From Candidatus Bathyarchaeia archaeon (GTDB lineage Archaea; Thermoproteota; Bathyarchaeia; TCS64), in NCBI GenBank assembly GCA_050014495.1, contig JBEKDF010000005.1:43782-107781 (forward strand): a stretch of 64,000 bases of DNA. The letters are read 5' to 3'. Below are positions 18,876-28,457 of the stretch, piece after piece; the first letter of the stretch is position 1, and each line of letters opens with the position of its first letter. The position numbers and the translations under genes were made by a program. Under the pieces are notes generated by a model. The model saw only the letters and a program-made list of their open reading frames with translations. It did not search any database and was not told where the DNA came from.

Positions 18876-20981
18876 TCACCCACAGACCTCGCAGCCCTCG
18901 ACGGGACGGCCACCGGCGTACTCAGCCTCAGCAGTTGCAACCTTCTCCTCGCCTCGGGCTTCAACGCCGAGGTTAAGGACTTGAGCGCCCTTGCTCCCGT
19001 ATCGATATATGGTTACTCCCTTGCAGTGGAGATCGTGGGCGAGGCGGTAGACACTCTCCACGTCGCCTATGCTAGCATCTTCGGGGAGGTTGACTGTCTT
19101 GGAGACGGCGTTCTCCGTGTACTTCTGCCAGGCCGCCTGTATCCTAACATGCCACTCGGGTTTTATATCATGAGCGGTGACGAAGAGGCGACGAATGTCC
19201 TCAGGGACGCCATTCACATCCTTGATGGTGCCATGGCTCACAATCTTTTCGAGGCTCTCGCCACCGTAGAAGCCGCGGTTCTTCGCCATCTTTTCAAAGA
19301 TGGGATGGAGTTCGAAGAGACGAGCTCCCTCGAGGACGTGGCGCATAAAGGCGATGGCGAAGAGTGGCTCGATGCCCGAAGAGCAACCAGCGATGATACT
19401 TATTGTGCCTGTGGGGGCGATGGTGGTCACTGTTGCGTTCCTACGGGCCCTGTACTTGCCCTTCCAGATGCTCCACTCGAAGTTGGGGAATGAGCCGCGC
19501 TTAAGTCCTAGCTCCTCAGAGGCATGCGCTGATTCCTCCTCAATGAACTTCGCTATCTCCTCGCCGATTTCTACAGCCCTCTCTGAGTCGTAGGGAACTC
19601 CAATGAGGATGAGGAGGTCAGCGAATCCCATGATCCCGAGGCCAATCTTCCTATTCGCCTTTGTGATTGCATCGGTCTCCTTGAGGGGATAGGGGTTTAC
19701 ATCTATGACATTGTCTAGGAACCTGATGGCAGTCCGTATCGTGGCGCGGAGTTTCTCCCAGTCGATTGAGGCGTCCACCTTTAGCATCTTGGAAAGGTTG
19801 ATGCTGCCGAGGTTGCAGGACTCGTAGGGAAGGAGGGGTTGCTCTCCACAGGGGTTCGTCGACTCCATCGCGCCGACCCTAGGGGTCGGGTTGTACCTAT
19901 TCACCTCGTCTATAAAGACGATGCCGGGGTCCCCGCTCCTCCAAGCGTTGTCGATTATTCTGTCCCATACATAGCGGGCGCTGAGCCGCTTCGCCGACTT
20001 TCCCGTCCTTGGGTTGATGAGATCGTAGTCTTGGTTTTTCTCTACGGCCTCCATAAAGGCGTCGGTTACAGTGACGCTTATATTGAAGTTGGTGAGGACG
20101 CCAGGGCGAGTCTTGGATGTCACGAATTCGATGATGTCGGGGTGGTCGACTCGGAGGATTGCCATCATGGCACCGCGGCGGCGGCCCCCTGCTTTTATGA
20201 CCTCGGTTGTGGCGTCGAATATCTTCATGAAGCTGACGGGGCCGGAGGCGACTCCCATCGTAGTCTTGACGACATCACCGGAGGGGCGGAGCCTGCTGAA
20301 GTCGAAGCCGACACCCCCACCCGTCTGTTCAATGAGGGCCATATTCTTTAGGGTAGTAAAGATACCCTCGAGGCTGTCCTCTACGGGTAGAACGTAGCAT
20401 GCACTAAGGGCGAAGCCCGTCTTCGTCCCTGCATTGAAGAGTGTGGGGCTATTGGGGATGAACTCCAGCCTACTCATGACTCCGTAGAATTCTTTCGCAC
20501 CCGCCTCTGGGTCGCCACCGTAGATCTTGTCAGCAGCGGCGATTGCCTTGGAGACCCTCCAGAACATGCCAGTAGGCGTCTCTATAATATCACCCTTCTC
20601 GTCTTTGAGGAGGTACCTCTTCTCCAGCACTTCGATGGCGTTGATGCTGAGTTTTGGCTCGTCTAGGATGCCCAGCTTCCCCCTGAGGATGCGTAACTCC
20701 GCCTTCTTCAGCCGATATGATTGATAGTCCTTCGCAACGGGATCGTGTCCCGTCTCGCGCAGAGTCTCTACGACGAGGTCCTGTATAGCCTCGACTGTCG
20801 GGGTCCCAGCAGGGTAGAGCCTATTCAGCTCCTCGACGACTCTGTCACTAATGACCTTCGCGGTTGCGCCGTCGCTACCCTCGACAGCGAAGAGAGCTTT
20901 ATAGATCGCGTTGGTTATCTTCCCCTGGTCGAAGTCCACGACCCTTCCATCCCTTTTTCTGACGCTCTTTACGGTAGACAC
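18876..20981 (-). CDS. nrdJ: Class II (adenosylcobalamin-dependent) ribonucleotide reductase with ATP-cone
   Basis: VRKRDG ATP cone, PNSPTLFNAG, LSAC, TNPCGEQ, SCNLGS, APTGT, C-terminal CxxC; no intein. Confidence 0.93.
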   Translation of the reverse strand: MSTVKSVRKRDGRVVDFDQGKITNAIYKALFAVEGSDGATAKVISDRVVEELNRLYPAGTPTVEAIQDLVVETLRETGHDPVAKDYQSYRLKKAELRILRGKLGILDEPKLSINAIEVLEKRYLLKDEKGDIIETPTGMFWRVSKAIAAADKIYGGDPEAGAKEFYGVMSRLEFIPNSPTLFNAGTKTGFALSACYVLPVEDSLEGIFTTLKNMALIEQTGGGVGFDFSRLRPSGDVVKTTMGVASGPVSFMKIFDATTEVIKAGGRRRGAMMAILRVDHPDIIEFVTSKTRPGVLTNFNISVTVTDAFMEAVEKNQDYDLINPRTGKSAKRLSARYVWDRIIDNAWRSGDPGIVFIDEVNRYNPTPRVGAMESTNPCGEQPLLPYESCNLGSINLSKMLKVDASIDWEKLRATIRTAIRFLDNVIDVNPYPLKETDAITKANRKIGLGIMGFADLLILIGVPYDSERAVEIGEEIAKFIEEESAHASEELGLKRGSFPNFEWSIWKGKYRARRNATVTTIAPTGTISIIAGCSSGIEPLFAIAFMRHVLEGARLFELHPIFEKMAKNRGFYGGESLEKIVSHGTIKDVNGVPEDIRRLFVTAHDIKPEWHVRIQAAWQKYTENAVSKTVNLPEDASIGDVESVYRLAHDLHCKGVTIYRYGSKGAQVLNLGVEARGEEKVATAEAEYAGGRPVEGCEVCG

Positions 20982-21059
20982 GCCGTTTTCCTCGGTAATT
21001 TGGGGATCATGGCTATATTAGAATCCACAGGTGTTTCAGGCATGGGTTAGAGTTGGCTA

Positions 21060-22217
21060 CTACTTCGAGAAGAGATCGAGAGGTGTCTGCCCCGTCATCT
21101 TCGACTCCTTGATTAGGAAGTCGCGTAACTCGCCTTCGTCCTTGAAAATCCTAGTGCTGTACCACTCGAAAAATGGACTGGGTTCGTAAGGGTAGTAGAC
21201 ATAGACGAGCTTGGCGAGGCTCTTAGCGTAGACCATCTCGCACATGACGCCGGCACTGATGCTTTGGCGTGGGTGGTAGACGACGACCATATGGCTGTTC
21301 TCTATAATCTTGTAGTCTCCGTCGATTATCTGGAACCTGAGGTTCTTTATAGCGGCCTCGACCTCGGCGGTGTCGAGTATGACCTCCTTAGGGCCATCGT
21401 GGTACTGGATACGTAATGGTATCCTGCTTGGGCGGGGTTCCCCAAGGTCGATAGCTGAATTGAGGGCATCGCGCCAGCACTCGACTATCTCCCAATCCTT
21501 GATCATTGATGGATCGTAGACTATGTAATAGTCCTTTAGGGCAGAGGCGAATTTAGTGAATTTCTTGAATGAGTCCTCGTCCTCGCCAGTGATTGGGTGG
21601 CTTAGGTAGAACTTCTCTTTGCGGGGGTTGAATATGATGTCACGGAGGAAGTCAGGGCCGTTCTCGTAAGCGACTATCTGCACCTCTTTGCGAGGGGTGA
21701 AGCTTCGTGCCTGCTCGTAGACGTCGGCCATCTCCTCACGGCGCCAGTTGGCTATCTCGCCAAGTGTATAATGGTGCTCCATCCACTGGGGGTCCTTGGC
21801 GAGGCGCTCCCTGACCCTGATTATATCGTCGAAGACGACGACGAAAAGGTCGGGGTCTAAGCGCTCCACATCGCCACGGTCGAGGCCCTTGAATCGGTTG
21901 CCCTTCCACTCGAAGTGATGGGGAGTGCTAATTATATTGACGCCACCGCGTTGTCTGATTTCGTTCTCTATGCGTGTGACTGCTGCTTCACGTAGAGCGT
22001 CCATCCTATCGGGTTGGCTGTCATAGAAGTCGAGGATGTTGAGCTTACTCAGATTCATGCCCTCAAGACGGGCCTGCTCGACTATGTACTCGAATAGATG
22101 ATAGTAGTGGAAACTCACCCTCTCCCTCATCTTGGTGAGCATCTCGTCGCGACCGTTCCCCGGCGGACCGGTGCAGATGATGACGCGCTTCATGGACATA
22201 GCTGAGACATAGTCCAA
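21060..22217 (-). CDS. Adenylate-kinase-like plus nucleoside 2-deoxyribosyltransferase-like fusion with C-terminal PIP-like motif
   Basis: GPPGNGRD P-loop variant and GL..VERLDPDLFVVV (AdkA-like); FYLSHPI ... SAGVMCEMVYA ... PSPF (NDT/DNPH1-like); ends QTPLDLFSK. Confidence 0.65.
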   Translation of the reverse strand: MDYVSAMSMKRVIICTGPPGNGRDEMLTKMRERVSFHYYHLFEYIVEQARLEGMNLSKLNILDFYDSQPDRMDALREAAVTRIENEIRQRGGVNIISTPHHFEWKGNRFKGLDRGDVERLDPDLFVVVFDDIIRVRERLAKDPQWMEHHYTLGEIANWRREEMADVYEQARSFTPRKEVQIVAYENGPDFLRDIIFNPRKEKFYLSHPITGEDEDSFKKFTKFASALKDYYIVYDPSMIKDWEIVECWRDALNSAIDLGEPRPSRIPLRIQYHDGPKEVILDTAEVEAAIKNLRFQIIDGDYKIIENSHMVVVYHPRQSISAGVMCEMVYAKSLAKLVYVYYPYEPSPFFEWYSTRIFKDEGELRDFLIKESKMTGQTPLDLFSK

Positions 22218-22290
22218 GCGCCTTTTATCTACATACCCTCTCTGGGAAGTTATTTCTAGCTGTGGAGCCTATTCGGATGGGTGGTTTAAC

Positions 22291-23484
22291 ATGTCCTTCT
22301 ACGAGCCTCTTAGGTCATTTGAGCTCCACATGCCGAGTAGAGTGCTGTTCGGCATCAATTCCGTCGAGAAGATAGGCATTGAGGCGAAACGTCTCCGTGC
22401 TGCGAAGGTTCTCGTCGTGACCGATAAGGGCGTCTCTATGACAGGAGCGCCAGAGAGGATTAGGGCCCTGTTGGTAAAAGAGAGCCTTATCGCTGAGGTT
22501 TGGAATAAAGCTGAGACTGAGCCCAGCATAGGCTGCGTCGTAGGGCTCCGCGACTACATTGTGGCGGGGGGATTCGACCTGATCGTTGGCCTCGGCGGTG
22601 GGAGCTGCATGGACGTGGCGAAGGCCGCAGCGGTCCTCTCACGGAATGAGGAGGATCCAGAGGACTACTTCGCTGGGGGAAAGAGGGAGTTCGAAAAAGA
22701 GGGAATACCATGCATCACGATCCCAACAACAGCAGGGACGGGGGCGGAGATAACGTGGGACGCTGTCGTCAAGGATAAGACAGGGATAAAGGCCGTCTAC
22801 GAGCACGCGTACGTGATTCCTTCACTGGCAATCGTCGACCCGATGATGTCGGCTAGCATGCCACCGAGGCTCACCGCCTCCTCCGGTGTAGACGCGCTCA
22901 GTCATGCGATAGAGTCTAGCCTCACTAAGTACACGAACCCGATCACCTTCGCCCTCGCCCTACAGTCTATTAGGCTCATCTCGGGAAACCTGAGAACCGC
23001 CGTCTACCAGCCGAACAACCTAGAGGCACGGTATAACATGGCTCTAGCGACGCTGATGGAAGCGTTCTCGGAGATGAATGCTGGGGATATTGAAGCTCAT
23101 GGCTTCGGTCACCTCATTGGCTCTGTTTACAGAATACCTCACGGCGTCGCCTGCGGGCTCGCGCTACCACACGCGATGGAGCATAATATAGTCGTCTCAG
23201 CCGATAGGCTCGCCATGATCGCGGAGGCGATGGGCGTAGACACCACTGGTATGACACTCAAGCAGGCCGCATATGTGGCAGTAGACGCCGTCATTGAACT
23301 CATTGAGGACGTGGGACTCCCCACCAGCCTGAAGGAGGTTGGCATAAAAAGGGAGGATCTTCCCAAGCTCGCCGAGCAGGCGGTCACTATCCCCTGGATC
23401 AAGGTCATGTTCAGCAACGCTATCCGCGATATGACGAAGGAAACTGCCCTTAAGTTCCTAGAAGAAATATACGGTGAAGAGTAG
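22291..23484 (+). CDS. Iron-containing alcohol dehydrogenase
   Basis: GGGSCMD, PTTAGTG, DALSHAIES, HGFGH, PHG. Confidence 0.9.
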   Translation: MSFYEPLRSFELHMPSRVLFGINSVEKIGIEAKRLRAAKVLVVTDKGVSMTGAPERIRALLVKESLIAEVWNKAETEPSIGCVVGLRDYIVAGGFDLIVGLGGGSCMDVAKAAAVLSRNEEDPEDYFAGGKREFEKEGIPCITIPTTAGTGAEITWDAVVKDKTGIKAVYEHAYVIPSLAIVDPMMSASMPPRLTASSGVDALSHAIESSLTKYTNPITFALALQSIRLISGNLRTAVYQPNNLEARYNMALATLMEAFSEMNAGDIEAHGFGHLIGSVYRIPHGVACGLALPHAMEHNIVVSADRLAMIAEAMGVDTTGMTLKQAAYVAVDAVIELIEDVGLPTSLKEVGIKREDLPKLAEQAVTIPWIKVMFSNAIRDMTKETALKFLEEIYGEE

Positions 23485-23536
23485 ACCCAAAATATTTTTT
23501 CTCTTATCTATGATGACACAAGTTCCTGATGCCCGT

Positions 23537-23551
23537 GGAAACGCTTTAAAA
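23537..23551 (+). promoter_or_regulatory. BRE/TATA promoter of tRNA-Arg (and probably argS)
   Basis: GGAAACGC followed by TTTAAAA about 30 nt upstream of the tRNA. Confidence 0.6.
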
Positions 23552-23577
23552 CCCTACACTTGAACCCTAGATGGTGC

Positions 23578-23653
23578 GAGCCCGTAGCCCAGCGGATAAG
23601 GCATCGGCCTCCGGAGCCGGAGAGCGTGGGTTCGAATCCCACCGGGCTCGCCA
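23578..23653 (+). tRNA. tRNA-Arg(CCG), intronless, CCA encoded
   Basis: Acceptor GAGCCCG/CGGGCTC, anticodon arm TCGGC-CTCCGGA-GCCGG, T-loop GTTCGAATC, ends GCCA. Confidence 0.96.
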
Positions 23654-23665
23654 CGGTGAACAAGC

Positions 23666-25597
23666 ATGTACAATCCCCTCGCGAAGCTGAGAGAGGAGTG
23701 CCAGCGCCAGCTTCTGGCGGCAATGGAGGCCGCCTACCCCGGCACAGCACTTCCAGAGTCCAAGTTCAGCCAGCCACCCGACCCCAAGATGGGCGAGCTA
23801 GCATCAGCTGCATCATTTCAGCTCGCGAAGCAGCTCAGGCAAAAACCAGTCGACATTGCTGTTAACATCGCTAAACATGTCAAACACGAGGGCCTAGTCG
23901 CCTCCGCCGAAGCGGTGAACGGCTACATCAACTTCCACGCCGACGAGGGCAACTACTATAGGCTCGTCTTCGAGACGGCCTCCAATGACAAGGAATACGG
24001 GTACCTGAAGGCGGAGAAGCCCCTCAAGGTTATGGTTGAGCACACATCGGCGAACCCGATCCACCCAATCACCATCGGCCACGCCCGTAACGCAATCATC
24101 GGCGCCTGTCTAGCCAACATGCTCCGTCTTCACGGTCACGGCATGAGTGTCCACTTCCTAGTAAACGACATGGGTCGTCAGGTAGCTCTCGCCACGTGGG
24201 GCTGGACACTCCTCGGCAAACCCGAGCCAGACACCCGCGGTGAGATATTCATCGGCGCTATATACGCCTCGACAAACGTCAACATGGAGCTTTTAAGAGT
24301 CAAAAAGGAACTCAAGGCCGCCGAGGAGAAGGCCGATGTCCCCATGATTGCTGAGCTCCAAGAGGAGCTGGAGAAGTTCGAAACCGCCGCAACTGACCTC
24401 GAGAAGACAAATCCCAAAATATACGTGGCCCTCAAGGAGAAAATTGCTGGCTACGATAACCCAACCGCCGAGATCGCCAAACTCAATACCGCTTACGAGA
24501 ACAATGATCCCGAGACCAAGATAACCGTAAGGCGCCTGGTCAATATATGCCTCGATGGCTTTGTCGAGACCATGGGGGAGCTCGGTGTACATTACGACTC
24601 ATTCGATTACGAGAGCGACTTGGTCTGGGAACGGAAGGCAGACGAGGTCCTAGAGGCGCTGAAGAACACGAACTTTATCGAGCATGACCAGGGCGCACTC
24701 GTTCTTAACTGCGACGAGGTCGCCACAGTCTATGCTCTCAAAGAGCGCTGGGGGCTGGCACCCTATCATGAGATACCCCGACTCGTCCTTGTCCGAAGCG
24801 ACGGCACCACACTCTACACCCTCCGAGACATGGCGTACAGCATCTACAAGTTCGGCACCGGTGTTGACAAGATAATAAACGTCATTGGACAGGAACAGGC
24901 ACTCGCCCAGCTTCAGCTAAGGATAGCCCTCGTCGCAATCGGCAAGCAGTCGATGGGCGACAACCAGCTACACTACGGCTACGAGTTTGTCAAGCTCCCC
25001 GAAGGTAAAATGAGTGGGCGCTTAGGCAGGTACGTCGCCCTAAACGACGTGATGGCTCGAAGCGTTGAGCTCGCCTACGAGGAGGTGACGAAGAGGACAC
25101 CGGACCTCCCTGAGGAGCAGCGCAGGAACATATCCCTAATGGTGGGCCATGGGGCTGTCAAGTACACCCTACTCAGCGTTGATGCCAGTAAGCAGGTAAT
25201 ATTCGACTGGGCGAAGGCACTCAACTTCGAGACAAATAGTGCACCCTTCATCCAGTACAGCTACGCCCGATGCTGTAATATCCTAAAACGCGCCGATGTA
25301 AAATCCGAGGCAGACTTCAGCCAACTAACTAACCCAAAGGAGAGAGAGATAGTGGGCATCGTCGCAAACTGGCCCGAGGTATTCGCCGAGGCAACTGAGG
25401 AGCTGAAACCTGGTACAATCGCCGCATATCTCAATAGCCTCGCCGACGGTTTCAACAGCTTCTATTCAAGCCTGCGCGTCCTTAACGCGGAGACTCCTGG
25501 ACTGATCGGTGCACGCCTCATCCTCGTTGACGCTGTCCGAATTGTCCTAAAAAATGGTTGCACAGCTCTTGGTATCGAGGCACCAGAGAGGATGTAG
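23666..25597 (+). CDS. argS: Arginine--tRNA ligase
   Basis: EHTSANP..IGH (HIGH-like), RSDGT.LY..RD, KMSGR, DALR domain ending APERM. Confidence 0.95.
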   Translation: MYNPLAKLREECQRQLLAAMEAAYPGTALPESKFSQPPDPKMGELASAASFQLAKQLRQKPVDIAVNIAKHVKHEGLVASAEAVNGYINFHADEGNYYRLVFETASNDKEYGYLKAEKPLKVMVEHTSANPIHPITIGHARNAIIGACLANMLRLHGHGMSVHFLVNDMGRQVALATWGWTLLGKPEPDTRGEIFIGAIYASTNVNMELLRVKKELKAAEEKADVPMIAELQEELEKFETAATDLEKTNPKIYVALKEKIAGYDNPTAEIAKLNTAYENNDPETKITVRRLVNICLDGFVETMGELGVHYDSFDYESDLVWERKADEVLEALKNTNFIEHDQGALVLNCDEVATVYALKERWGLAPYHEIPRLVLVRSDGTTLYTLRDMAYSIYKFGTGVDKIINVIGQEQALAQLQLRIALVAIGKQSMGDNQLHYGYEFVKLPEGKMSGRLGRYVALNDVMARSVELAYEEVTKRTPDLPEEQRRNISLMVGHGAVKYTLLSVDASKQVIFDWAKALNFETNSAPFIQYSYARCCNILKRADVKSEADFSQLTNPKEREIVGIVANWPEVFAEATEELKPGTIAAYLNSLADGFNSFYSSLRVLNAETPGLIGARLILVDAVRIVLKNGCTALGIEAPERM

Positions 25598-25723
25598 CAA
25601 ATCCCAATCGTTATGTAGACTCTCTATTCCTTTTGTGCGCTTTTTCCACGAATTGTCTTATGTAAGAGCGCATGCGCATTTAGTACACATCGGAACATCG
25701 TGAAGAGACTTCGGGCTCTTCAG

Positions 25724-26311
25724 TCAGCTTAAAAATTTTGCCAGTGCCGCCATATCCCTCTTCAAATCACCTAGCAGCCTTCGGTTGTAAATCGCTGCTG
25801 CAGGGTGATAGAGGGGATAAACAATAACTTTTCCCCAGGGAGCCTCAACTTTGTATGCCTCTCCATGTGCGGAACCTATCTGGGACTTTTCTATACCGAA
25901 TCTCTCGAAGACGTGTTCTAAAGCGCTGTTCCCCATTGGCGCAATTATTTCGGGCTCGATTATCTCTAATAGCCTCTCGATATGCGTTGAACAGGCCGTG
26001 ATCTCTTCTCTTCTTGGTTTTCTATTTCTCGGTGGCCGGCATCGAACCACATTCGTAATGAAAACTCCACAACGACTTAGGTTAACCCCGGTGAGGAGTT
26101 GGTCAAGCAGATTCCCAGCTGAACCAACGAAAGGACGCCCAGTCTCATCCTCCCTACGTCCAGGTGCCTCCCCAAGGAAGACTACATGGGAATCTAGGTT
26201 TCCCTCACCCATGACATGGTTCTTAGCCCCAGCGCAAAGCGAACAGGACTCGCAGGACTCTACTTCCCACGTAAGTTTCTCGAATTTTATCTTCTTGGAC
26301 GTAGGAACCAG
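25724..26311 (-). CDS. udg: Family 4 uracil-DNA glycosylase, probable CTG start
   Basis: GEAPG, GRPFVG, CRPPRNR, HPAA; in-frame extension above 26212 carries CESC Fe-S ligands; GAGGTG lies 8 nt before CTG 26311. Confidence 0.85.
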   Translation of the reverse strand: MVPTSKKIKFEKLTWEVESCESCSLCAGAKNHVMGEGNLDSHVVFLGEAPGRREDETGRPFVGSAGNLLDQLLTGVNLSRCGVFITNVVRCRPPRNRKPRREEITACSTHIERLLEIIEPEIIAPMGNSALEHVFERFGIEKSQIGSAHGEAYKVEAPWGKVIVYPLYHPAAAIYNRRLLGDLKRDMAALAKFLS

Positions 26312-26536
26312 CTTAAGGACACCTCTCGTGGATTACTATGCCTATGCACCACGGGAGGGTAAAAAGTTGAGTCTCGAACAATCTTCTTACAGCTAGTAGT
26401 AAAGTGGTTGGCAACATAATTAGCCAAGGTCGTCTTAATTCGAGGTCCTTCGAGGAAAAGAAGTTTACCGAGTGTAAACGAGCCAAAATGGCGATTACAG
26501 AAAAAGCATTTCAGCTGGGCCTCTATCTCTCCTACC

Positions 26537-26995
26537 ATGGAGCACAGTAAGCCTCACCCGGAGTTCAAGGTCTGGATAGAGACTGATGATGGCTACGTCT
26601 TTGGCCCAGGAGTATACAGCCTCTTAAAGAGGGTGAATGAGGTTGGAACCCTCAAGGAGGCTGCAATTCAACTGGGGATGAGCTATAGATATGCTTGGGG
26701 GCTCATTAGAAAAGCTGAGGAGAAGCTGGGGGAACCACTCCTCTTGGCACACAAGGGTGGTCGATCGGGTGGGGGAGGCGCTGAGCTCACTGAACGAGGC
26801 AAACACTTCTTGATAGAGTTTCAACGCCTCAGAGATCAGATGACACGCGCTTCGGAGGCGGACCCTGAGAAATTAATATCGGGAGTGGTTAAAGACATAA
26901 ATGTCTCCGATGGAGAGGTCGATGTAGTTCTAAGAATAAGTGCCTATGACCGGGTACGACTTCGAAAGGGGGAGAAGGTGAACCTTCAGCTGTGA
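26537..26995 (+). CDS. ModE-like winged-helix regulator
   Basis: FGPG..LL..GTLKEAA..LGMSYRYAW..KGG..GGGAELT. Confidence 0.85.
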   Translation: MEHSKPHPEFKVWIETDDGYVFGPGVYSLLKRVNEVGTLKEAAIQLGMSYRYAWGLIRKAEEKLGEPLLLAHKGGRSGGGGAELTERGKHFLIEFQRLRDQMTRASEADPEKLISGVVKDINVSDGEVDVVLRISAYDRVRLRKGEKVNLQL

Positions 26996-27006
26996 GTACT
27001 CTCTCT

Positions 27007-27327
27007 TCACCCTATCTCATCAACATCCATTATCTCCAAATATCTACCAAATTTCACTCTTAGGGCCTGTCCCTCGTCCGTCATTCTGTAAAAGCATTTT
27101 CCATCTGTTGACGAGTCTTCTCTTGTCAGATAGTTGAATTTGCAGAGGTCGTTCAAATGATGGTAGACGTTACCAATGTCGTTATCGTCTAGGTAGATGT
27201 GGAATTGATCCTTCATCGTCTTCCAAATATCATAACCGTATGATTCCTGACCATAATCGCCGTTTTTGTATATAATTGCAAGTATTTTCATCTTCGTAGC
27301 GCCGCATGAGCCCTGGGGTTTGGGCAA
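27007..27327 (-). CDS. PadR-like winged-helix regulator
   Basis: YGYDI..GNVYHHLNDL..YRMTDEG. Confidence 0.7.
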   Translation of the reverse strand: MPKPQGSCGATKMKILAIIYKNGDYGQESYGYDIWKTMKDQFHIYLDDNDIGNVYHHLNDLCKFNYLTREDSSTDGKCFYRMTDEGQALRVKFGRYLEIMDVDEIG

Positions 27328-27432
27328 TTCTTCTCGAAAGACTTATAAGCGGCCCCTATATATATAACTTACGTATATGTAAAATATACTCTTCTCAAGA
27401 CTAACTATCCAGGGGAGAAGTGGTAAGAAGGG

Positions 27433-28392
27433 ATGAAGATGGAAGTAGAATCACATAAGTGCCCAAAGTGCGGAGGCACAAATATAGTGAGCGATCCTGA
27501 GAATGGTGAGCGTGTATGCATTAAGTGTGGCCTTGTAATAGAGGAGTCGCCCATCGATATGGGCCCCGAGTGGAGGGCATTCACGGTCGCTGAGAAGGAG
27601 AGCCGGAGCCGAACAGGATTAGGAGAATCCCTGACGCTATATGATAAGGGGCTTTCGACCGTCTTCAAGGGGGATCGTGATGCCTCGGGGAGGAAGCTTG
27701 ATGGAAAGGCGATGCTTAAGATGGATCGCCTCAGGCGTTATGATAACAGGAGTAAGTTTGATGAGACTTGGCGTAGGAACCTGAGTGTTGCGATGGCGGA
27801 GCTTGACAGGATGTCAGCAATACTTCATGTTCCTAACAATGTCAAGGAACAAGCTGCTCATATCTACAGGAAGGCCTTGAAGGCGGATTTGATTAGGGGA
27901 AGGAGCATAGACGCCTTCGTCGCTGCTTCACTCTATGCTGCTTGTAGGGAGGCGGAGGTGCCGAGACCAATTAAAAAGGTGTCGGAGGCGAGCACGAGGG
28001 ATCACTCGGAGGTCGCGAGAACATATCGTCTCCTCATCAAGGAGCTGAAGATCAGGATGCCGGTGGACGGACCTATGAAGTTCGTGCCTAGCATCGCATC
28101 TAAGCTTAGACTCAGAAGGGACACTGAGCAGAAGGCAATCAACATCCTGAGGGCAGCCAAGATAAAGCAGGGACTAGTGGGGAAAGACCCACGCGGTCTG
28201 GCTGCTGCAGCGCTCTACATGGCATGTCTAGAGAACGATGATAGGCGAATACAGAAAGAGGTCGCTCGGGCTGCTGGTACAACGGAGGTCACGCTGAGGA
28301 ACAGACTTCGAGGTTTGGAGATTTCAATAACTCCGATGCAAGAATCGCCCCCGATTATCGATCTCACTAATTCAACCCTTGTCTCAATGTGA
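27433..28392 (+). CDS. tfb: Transcription initiation factor B
   Basis: CPKC/CIKC zinc ribbon, GPEWRAF, two cyclin repeats, GKDPRG, TEVTLRNR. Confidence 0.96.
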   Translation: MKMEVESHKCPKCGGTNIVSDPENGERVCIKCGLVIEESPIDMGPEWRAFTVAEKESRSRTGLGESLTLYDKGLSTVFKGDRDASGRKLDGKAMLKMDRLRRYDNRSKFDETWRRNLSVAMAELDRMSAILHVPNNVKEQAAHIYRKALKADLIRGRSIDAFVAASLYAACREAEVPRPIKKVSEASTRDHSEVARTYRLLIKELKIRMPVDGPMKFVPSIASKLRLRRDTEQKAINILRAAKIKQGLVGKDPRGLAAAALYMACLENDDRRIQKEVARAAGTTEVTLRNRLRGLEISITPMQESPPIIDLTNSTLVSM

Positions 28393-28457
28393 TCATTAGG
28401 CTTAGGAAATAGCTAATATTTTTAACTACAAGCCCACCTTCAACTTCGAGATTCGGC

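Noticed and set aside
18873..20351. Long plus-strand ORFs (206 aa, 170 aa) and similar antisense ORFs elsewhere, e.g. 3781-4236, 25851-26396, 43541-44059
   Set aside because: Antisense shadows of well-supported genes with no recognisable motifs
3751..20981. Inteins in PolB1 or NrdJ
   Set aside because: Lengths are normal and motifs contiguous; no intein termini or LAGLIDADG blocks
23508..23865. ORFs 23508-23750 and 23560-23865
   Set aside because: They overlap the tRNA and argS; shadow frames
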